The notes under the pieces: model-generated
Databases searched by the model: none
Seen by the model: only the letters and a program-made list of their open reading frames with translations
Told to the model about the DNA's origin: nothing
Part shown: one piece after another, positions 55,314 to 64,000 of the stretch
Position numbering within the stretch: position 1 is the first letter of the stretch
Layout: each line of letters begins with the position of its first letter
Program-made: the position numbers and the translations under genes
Assembly: GCA_951406725.2 (NCBI GenBank)
Contig: OX597823.1
Location: 28,086,001-28,150,000, forward strand
Direction of reading: 5' to 3'
DNA: 64,000 bases
Source of the DNA: Octopus vulgaris
Lineage: Eukaryota

Positions 55314-55593
55314 CTGAGGAAGTGTGTATGTGTATGGAGAGTCAGAGGGGCAATTAAACGCATTTTAATGATAGAAAATTCAGAACGGATATGCCGTATA
55401 CAACATGAAAATCTGAAATCAGAGATGCGATACGAAACAGTTCAAAATCAAATTAATGTCACAAATTGTCTCCAATCCCGATGAAATAAACAACTTAATT
55501 GCGGCACCATACATTAAAATTGGTAAAGCATCAAACTGAAATGCATCATCGATTGGAAAAGCTCAAATGTGTTCCTCATATATATATATATAC

Positions 55594-55716
<123 letters not shown>

Positions 55717-56023
55717 TATACACATATATATATATACATATATATGTGTATATATATAAACATATATGAATATATGTATATATATATATATATCTATAAA
55801 AATATATAGATATAGACATTTATACATACATATATTTATATATATATATGTATAAATGTCTACATCTATATCTATCTATCTATATATATGTGTGTGTGTA
55901 TGTGTCTGTATGCGTACATATATCCATGAATATAGATATATATAAAAAATGCATATGTATGTATCTCTCTCTCTTTATATATATACACACACACATATAT
56001 ATATATACACCTCTATATATATT

Positions 56024-56055
<32 letters not shown>

Positions 56056-56060
56056 CACAG

Positions 56061-56109
<49 letters not shown>

Positions 56110-56292
56110 AAGAAAGAGAGAAATAGTTTCAATCATCGAAACTAACACCATACTCTCGCCTATTGAATTTGAACTAATGAAGACGGCCAGCGTATGCGTG
56201 TATATACGCACATACATATGTACATACATGTATACACATCTATATTTACATATATATATGTATATATATATATATATATACATATGTATATA

Positions 56293-56323
<31 letters not shown>

Positions 56324-57089
56324 CTGTGTGTAGTATAAATAATCATGGGTAAAGCCAAAGCAAGCGAAGTCAATGCAAGAAAATAAATATGTGAATTAAT
56401 GTAGACTTACCTTGTATTCAATATTTCGGGGTTATGAGCCCATTTTCAAGAAATTGACGAATATTTTAGCTTCACCCACTATCCTTTATACAATATATTC
56501 TACACAACGCTTCATAGTAATTTTTCCAATGGTACGTATAATAGATCCCGGCGGGTACTGTTGTTCAAGCCCTCTAATATAATCCAAGTTCTGGTCAACT
56601 TCACTGAATTGTATGGAATAACTTGGGATTATTGAAGGTAAACAATCAAGCGATATTTCACCGGATAAGTAAACCCCTGACGCTTTATTCGTTTATAAGT
56701 AGTTTACTGAGTGTATATACAAGATATCACAATAAATAAAAACAGCTACACAGTTTTTATAATTACTGTCTTTTATTCGGAATATTCTCTTTAAAACTCT
56801 GTCCGCATATATTTCTGCTACATGGATATCTTACTATGTGGTGTTCATTTGATTTTGTCGGTTCTGAAGCATCCTAGTTAAAAACGAATCCATGCATCTT
56901 TATTCAAGCTGTTGCCACTTGTAGAGTTTCTAAAAGTGTATGTTTTTACTATTGGAAAGCTATATTTCAAGTGTTCACATGAAGAGAACATTTTTTCTCA
57001 TTGTGAGAAATATAGTTTGGTGACGTATCCTGCCATCAAAGGTCGTTCGCTGTTTGTAAATAGTGTGTATTTTACACCTTCGTTGGAAA

Positions 57090-58200
57090 GCTGTATTTCA
57101 AGTGGAGCACTCCCGGTTCTAATTGGAGTACCATAGGGCTCGGAGTACCTGAGTGCCCAGAAGATCTTTTTGCTGTGTTTTTTTAACTGCTGTTTTCTTC
57201 TATTGTGAGTTATTTTATTGAACTGACTGTTTTTTTCTTCTTCCCTTTTGTTTCCTTTTGAATTCTCTCTTTCCTTTTTGTGAATATTGTTTTGGACTTT
57301 TTTATTTTTTAATTTAAAACATGGCAAAAAAATACGGATAAGATGGTAAAATGTGAGGTTGCCCTACCTAAGGAGTGGCTTGGACAGCAAGAAGAGAGGA
57401 CGGTGGTGTTGAGAGTAAAGGGTAAAGAAATTTTTTAGGGTAAAGAAATTTTGTTTCTTCCCACTTATTGTGGGAAAAATTGACGAGGGCTTGGGTCTGT
57501 GGATTTCCACCCGGAATCGAAACCCAGTGGATAGAGGATACTATCCGTCGGGGTCTGGGTGACAGCGGAGCCAGTCTCCTCAATGTAAAAATTCTCCCTG
57601 TGGCTGATTGGGTTGGGTCAAAAGCTATTTTGACCCTGTGGACCCTATCAGCCATGAATCTGGTTATGCCAGATTTTTTGAAAATGGCCGGGTGCAGGTA
57701 CCTGGTGATTCTTGAGGGTCGCCCCGCCCAGGTGTTATCGGTGTCTGAAGCCTGGCCATATAAAGAAAAACTGTCCTCAGGAACAAAGCAAATTCCTGGA
57801 GCAGTCAATTGAGACCTCTGTAAAAGAGGGAAGGAAGGCGGCTGAGGTGACGGAGGACTCCTCAGGGAAGGGCCGCAAGAGGAAGAAGGTGAGCAACAAT
57901 GGGTGCTCATAGAAGGATCCTGGGGATGAGGGAGGGGAGGTGAATCTCCCGGTCACGGAGAAGACGCACCCTCCCTCAGTTGAGATGAAAAAAAGAGGAA
58001 GAGGAAGAGAAACAGGACATTGCCGGCAGTCGGTGATATAGCATCGGAATGTTCCGAAACCTTGCCGGTAGGGGTTGTGCCACCGGCAGAGGAAGAGACA
58101 CCGTTTGGGTGAAATTGTGCTGCCAACGGTAGAATTGACTACCTCGAATCCGAAGGAAGAGGAACTATTGGTCTTCTACAGAGGCGGCGACTTAGAAGGG
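57090..58200 (+). mobile_element. 5' portion of a LINE (Tx1/L1-like ORF1 with gag-type zinc knuckle), frameshifted
   Basis: A T-rich 5' UTR, ATG at 57321, TRAWVCGFPPGIETQWI...ILEGR joined by frameshift to PPRCYRCLKPGHIKKNC (CX2CX4HX4C at 57733-57774), and a basic low-complexity tail. Confidence 0.75.
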
Positions 58201-58405
58201 GTGGTGTAAAGGCACCATAAGGGAGTACCTTTAACCTTCACACAGGATCCCGAATGGCCTCCGCAGATAGCTGTGGAGGTCATAACGGTGGCTGTGGGGT
58301 GTAGGCTGCAGGGACTCCGACGAGGAATATTGCTTGGTCTTGAATAAGGCGTGGAGGATGGTGGAATATACGGGCACAAGTGATGTCGGGGAGAAATAAT
58401 GTGAA

Positions 58406-58740
58406 GAGCCTTGGGCAAGTGTTTTCTACTTTAGCCTGGGGCAGACCAAAGCCTTGCCAGTGGAATTGGTAGACGGAAACAGAAAGAGGCCCGTCGTATA
58501 TATATATTTATATATGCATGTGTGTGTATATGTTTATGTGTCTGTGGTTGTCCCCAAACATCGCTTGACAACCGATGCTGGTATGTTTACGTCCCCGTAA
58601 CCTAGCGGTTCACTAGAAGTAACCGATAGAATAAGTACTAGGCTTACAAAGAGTAAGTCCTGGGGTCGATTTGCACGACTAAAGGCAGTGCTCCAGCATG
58701 GTCACAATCAAGTGACTGAAACAAGTAAAAGAGTAAAAGA
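58406..58740 (+). mobile_element. SINE family A, 5'-truncated
   Basis: ccttgggcaagtg...gctccagcatggtcac...gaaacaagtaaaagag. Confidence 0.88.
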
Positions 58741-59029
58741 ATATATATATGTATATGCATAAATACATAGATACATGCATACACATAAGTAAAAATATAT
58801 GCACATATAAATACATACATATTCACACATACAATATAAATACGCACATACACATTGCATACGGATACATATACATGTATATATATATGTGTGTGTGTGT
58901 GTTATTGTGTATGTATGTATAGATATATATATATATATGTATGTATGTATATATGCGTATATATATATATATATATATATATATGCATGTACATGTACAG
59001 AGATAAACAAATACACAGACCCAGACATA

Positions 59030-60249
59030 CACAGACATGACAGAAGTAAACAGGCACCTCATGAAACATCTTTTTATGTATATTCTAACTTGTAAAGTTT
59101 TATATTTTTTACTAATTGACATTTTTATGTTTTAGGTTCTGTATGTGACTATTTAATCATGACATGTAGAAGAGAAGCCTTGAAACTGTCTGAATTTCAA
59201 AGAGGCCGTATTGTGTGTCATTCTGAACGTGGATACAGTCAACGTAAAATCGCAGAAAAACTTTGGGATTACACTTTCTACAGTTAATAGAGTGATTCAC
59301 CAGTGAGGGGAAGGAGTCCACATTACCCCACCCAGATCAACCAGGGCCCTCTGACAGGACCCTTCTCTTTGCTAAGCTAAGTGTGGAGGATAATCTTCGT
59401 TGCGAGGACTCTGACATAGCAGAACAAGTTGATGTCAGTCCCAGAACAGCTGTCAGGTATCTCCACAAACTTGGTTACTACGGCAGAGCAGTAAGAAAGA
59501 AGTTACTTCTTTGATCAGCCAGTATCAATTGGAGAAAAGATTAGGTCAGTGAGATGGTGGAGAGGCCATTAGCATTTTGGGATACTGTCATATTCTCTGA
59601 TGAGTTCAGATTTACTGTATTTCCTAACATTTGTCGAGTGTGTGTCTGGAGACTCCGTGATCAAGAATTTGATGTGAAAAGATTGCAGCCAATAATGAAA
59701 CCCGACAGCTATTCTGTGATGGTCTGGTGAGCAATTTGGATCAATGGTCGATCATGGTGGAACATGAGGGAAATAGAAACTCAGATAAATAAGGATTCCT
59801 TCCAATCTTCTCCAGTGATGAAATGATAAAAAAAAGAGACTCGTTATTTATGGAAGATAGGGCTTCTTGTCACACAGCTAAAATGACCCAAAATTTGTTG
59901 TATGAGAATGGCATTAAAATGCTTCCATAGCCAAGTCAGACACCAGATATGAACGCTATTGAACACCCCTGCGACATAATGGACAGGATACTTCATGAAA
60001 AGCATCTTCAAAGCCAGATATTTTGAGATTACTGCATAAAACTTGGCAAGAAATTCCACAAGAGAATATTCGTCATCTGATCAGTAATATGCCTAATAGG
60101 GTCCTTGCATTGAAAAATGCAAAGAGCATGTCTACTAAATATTAAATATTCATATTATAACATTTGATAATGAATTTGAATATATAATTTCCGGTTTAAA
60201 TAAATTTTAATGATTATAAGGGTGTCTATTTACTTCTGTTATGTCTGTG
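59030..60249 (+). mobile_element. Full-length decayed Tc1 (DD34E) transposon, 1220 bp
   Basis: TIRs cacagacatgacagaagtaaacaggcacc / ggtgtctatttacttctgttatgtctgtg with TA flanks. Motifs LSEFQRGRIV, FSDEFRF, VMVW, MEDRASCHTAK and PSQTPDMNAIEH. Confidence 0.92.
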
Positions 60250-60629
60250 TATATACATAGTAAATCCATGGAAGAAGGTTCCGAAATGGCCATAACTCAT
60301 AGGATTACAAGTGATTAAATATATTCATCTCTCATACCTCCTGACATTTTATAAATTATATATTCCCTATGAAGCAATTTCATTGATAGGTGACACTTTG
60401 CGCTACATTTCTCGGTACCGGGTTACTTTGCGATCTGATAGCGGAGTCCTTTAGATGAGCTTTCTGCGATAGCCACACGATTTTCCGAATCCATATCTTA
60501 TACTACAAATGTATGTATATCATTATTCAGTTTTATTTCAAGATTTCTTGTCAATAGAGAAAGAACCGGTTTCTAACCTAGATCCAAGGCTCCTTCATGC
60601 GTATGTATGTATATATATGTACATATATG

Positions 60630-61100
60630 AATTAATAAATGGAGCTAAAAGCAGGCGTTATTAAAATATTTATACTTCCGACATATGTTTCGAAGAAAAC
60701 ATTGGTATTATACCTGAGGGAATAAAATGATGTAAAAGAGTGTAATCATCTCGCCAGTGGAAAAAAAATGTGTTTTTAAAAGATAACTTGCCATCGCTTC
60801 CTTCATCATATGCGCGGTAATCACATTCGGTTAAAATGGCTTATTGATGTGTTTTGTTTCTCTTTTTTCCCTGATGAGATCATTACATTGTTTTACATCA
60901 TTTTATGCCCTCAGGAATAATACCAATGTTTTCTTCGAAAGATATGTCGGAAGTATAAAGATTTGAATAACACCTGCGTTTAACTACATTTGTTAATTTA
61001 TCTGTTATACAAAAACATTTCACTGGAATTTCTACCTTTATAAGTAGGCTGTAGCATCCTTGGCACTTACGTGAAATTTTGTTACTCTGATAACTATTTA
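60630..61100. mobile_element. Inverted pair of Penelope-type pLTR fragments, each with a hammerhead
   Basis: 60630-60768 is the inverse of 60863-60998. Homologous to 17860-18095. Confidence 0.8.
60867..60952 (+). ncRNA. Type I hammerhead ribozyme (helix III mismatch)
   Basis: ttcc-CTGATGA-ga...tc-GAAA-gatatg-TC-ggaa. The inverted partner at 60677-60762 has helix III acatatgt but the core CTGGCGA. Confidence 0.7.
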
Positions 61101-62192
61101 TTTATTTTTGTAGACATTGAAAAATACACATACAGTTATCTACATATATGTGTATATGCATATATATATACATATGTACATATGTGTGTGCATGTATATA
61201 TATATATGTGCATATTTGTTATGTTTTTATATACATTTATGTATTGAAGTGTAATTTTATTTGTCGACTTAACGTCCTTTCAGACTTGGAGCTGAACTTC
61301 AACAACAACAACAACAACAGCAGCAAGAATAACATGGAATTAGAAAGAAACCATGGATTAAAAACCCTTCTATAGAAGACACAAATTTCCATTAAGAGCA
61401 AGGCATCCTTCCCTTTAAACATTCGGCCATCTTGTGCTCTCTAGAGTGCGAGAACTAAGCTTATAGTCTACATTCAATAGCAAAGAAAGAGAGCCAAGTT
61501 ATTGATGGCTTAATGACAAACTGTCGGAAAACGTGTAAATTATGAAGAGATTCTTAGCATGAACAGATTCATTCTGAAAACACTTCTTAAGAGGAAGAAA
61601 CTGGCCAAAATCAAATAGGCAGAACTGGAATTGTCTGGACATTTCTAGAATGTTCTGCTCGGTATTTGCGTTAGCTATAGATAAAAGCGAAATTATTTTT
61701 AAATGTAATAGTCAAACTAGAGTTAGTTTACTTAAGATTCAGTCAAGCGACTGAAACCAACTGAATGCTTCTGTTATAAATTTATTAAACAAGATATGCT
61801 ACATATGTCATGTGCATCATTGTGTTGCTAATGTCAGATGTGTTAAATATCAAATTCTTTCGATTAGGCTTCAGACGCAATTGAATTTGTTAAGTTTAGC
61901 AATGATCAAATAGACTCGTATTATAACTGCTTATAACTGTTATATAACTACATATTATAATTGGTGCATATTTGTGTGTGTGTGCGTGCGTGTGCGTGTG
62001 TGTGTGTGTGTGTATGATAACTCCTCGTTGTACATATTAATGTATCATACTTGCTTGAAAGACGACGATATGACAAGTTCGTTGGTGCGTTGCTATACTT
62101 CACCTTCAGTGTTCAGTTCTGGCAAAGGTCAATGTTTAGCTGACTTTCTTTTTCGGTGTCGATAAAATAATATCCAAACACACACACACACA

Positions 62193-62281
<89 letters not shown>

Positions 62282-62379
62282 CACACACACACGAACACAC
62301 ATGCAGGTACACGCACGTACATTCACACACATATAAAGCTTTGGATTAATCCAAGTAAATCAGAGCTTGCTTTCTACGA

Positions 62380-63089
62380 TGGAGTACCTAAGACGGAAAG
62401 TATGCAGAAGAAATCTAACTGGATCCGCGCATGCCTACCTGCTTCCACCTAAATACCTGCAACAAGCTCATACTCATTTGCAAGCAAGTTAGCTCAGATC
62501 TTTAAACTCATTTTAAAACTGTTGGTATAGAAATTGTCGTTGGCATCCCTCGTTTATGCGCCACTTTATAGGTAGAGCTTTTTCCACAACGCAACACTGC
62601 AGCAGAAGAGGTACAACATCGTGTTGTCTACTGTCTACGCTCCACTCCAATAGAATACTTATACTGTCGGACAAAGTGCAGACGGATATCAGCAAATATC
62701 TGCCTTGAATTAAGTAATACATGCGCTTAGTATTCCATCAAAGTCCTAGCTGTTGTTTCGTTACCAGGTCAGATGTCAACGTATTTCACTCATCGTGCGT
62801 ATCGAATGATTTTGTCTCGCTCGAATCGAAGTCTACTCGCTTTTGCTCCGACAACACAACCTTCATATTTCACCTCAAATAACAGCCCCATACACTTTTA
62901 ATGGATTTATAAAGTGTTTCACCATTTCTCGTGTGATCTTCACAGAAGTCTTACTGCTGTAATCTTTGAGAGGATTATCATCTATTCAATGACTATTTTC
63001 TCTGTAAATTTGAGGAACATGTCTACACAATGTCGCCTTTCTCAACACATCCAACGACTAGGTAGCAGAACTCTGCTAGCTCTTTCTTC

Positions 63090-63090
<1 letters not shown>
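62380..63090 (-). pseudogene. Old RTE-like reverse transcriptase remnant
   Basis: Heavily degenerate minus-strand matches to GVKQGC-like (agtggcgcataaacgagggatgc) and FADD-like (tttgctgatatc) segments. Confidence 0.35.
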
Positions 63091-63135
<45 letters not shown>

Positions 63136-63199
63136 GTATGTATATAAACTTAGATAAACTTAGATATGTTTCGACTAAAGATTGGTCCAGGCTGTGTCT

Positions 63200-63460
63200 A
63201 ACTTAATAGCATCATATGCACCTGATAGGATTATCTAAATCCTGTTTAAATCAAGTTTAGTTTTGTTCATGGTCCATTCAAGTAGTGAGTTCTTGTTGAG
63301 TGAGTTGTATCCAGGTATGGGTGGCTTATCCGGTATTCCTTGAAGAAATCTGTCCAGACTCCGTTTAAAGATTATGGGATCCTTTTCCTCTTTGATCCCT
63401 TTCAGGGACAATGTTAAACAGGGCAGGGCCTGTTGAGGAAAATATATTGTGTTGCAGTGT
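63200..63460 (-). mobile_element. CR1-group LINE 3' end
   Basis: FSSTGPALFNIVP / IKEEKDPIIFKRSLDRFLQGIPDKPPIPGY...NSLLEW, the GPxLFN...FKxxLDxFL pattern of ORF2 C-termini. Confidence 0.7.
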
Positions 63461-63488
63461 ACATATATGTTGTGATCCTCGATGTGTG

Positions 63489-63540
<52 letters not shown>

Positions 63541-63689
63541 TGTAAGTGTGTGAATACGTGTCTGTACTTGTCTGTATTAACACACACAGAAACACACACA
63601 CGATGGACTTTGCCAAACGACCTGCACAAATGATTGGTTTATGGTGATCAAATGTATGTGCCGCCATATTAGATCGCTCTCTTCATCAA

Positions 63690-63850
63690 ATCGGTGTCGC
63701 CTGAACAGGCGCAAAGTGAGTCACACGTCGACGAGATCGCACATCAACGCGAGATTAAGTGTCTTGCTTAAGAACACAACTCACCACCCAGTTTAGGAAT
63801 TGAAACCACGATCACGCTGTCGTGAGTGAAACACCCTAACCACTAGGCCA

Positions 63851-63853
<3 letters not shown>
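63690..63853 (-). mobile_element. tRNA-derived SINE head (family C-related)
   Basis: Minus strand gcatggcctagtggttagggtg...ggtttcaattcc...cttaagcaagacactt. Confidence 0.7.
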
Positions 63854-63889
<36 letters not shown>

Positions 63890-63901
63890 TTACACACATA
63901 C

Positions 63902-63935
<34 letters not shown>

Positions 63936-63936
63936 G

Positions 63937-63987
<51 letters not shown>

Positions 63988-64000
63988 ATATATATATATA

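Noticed and set aside
59597-59603. CTGATGA motif as a hammerhead core (also at 34584 and 53348)
   Set aside because: No matching helices or GAAA...UH partner. The 59597 instance encodes the Tc1 FSDE motif.

Overview
AT-rich, microsatellite-saturated eukaryotic DNA. The SINE content and repeat landscape resemble a cephalopod (Octopus-like) genome, which is an inference. I can support no intact host protein-coding gene. Most ORF-track entries are translations of (TA)n, (CA)n, (TCTA)n, (TATG)n, (CCTT)n or (AAT)n. The window is a mosaic of retroelements and DNA transposons. Retroelements: three tRNA-derived SINE families, four 5'-truncated copies plus an ORF1 fragment of a Tx1/L1-type LINE, RTE, CR1-like and R4/Dong-like fragments, and three Penelope-like GIY-YIG fragments. 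DNA transposons: full-length decayed mariner and Tc1 copies, a maT-like copy, an AcademX-like relic, MITEs and a possible Helitron. The main discovery is a set of sequence-unrelated, non-coding elements that each carry a type I hammerhead ribozyme fold with a palindromic helix III and often a long helix II insert. They repeatedly occur as head-to-head inverted arms, sometimes with partial tandem repeats (362 and 535 bp monomers), mostly inserted in (TA)n tracts. This is the signature of Penelope pLTR / non-LTR retrozyme-like RNAs. A second notable signal is the Tx1-type LINE, whose copies sit in (TCTA)n/(TA)n microsatellites.
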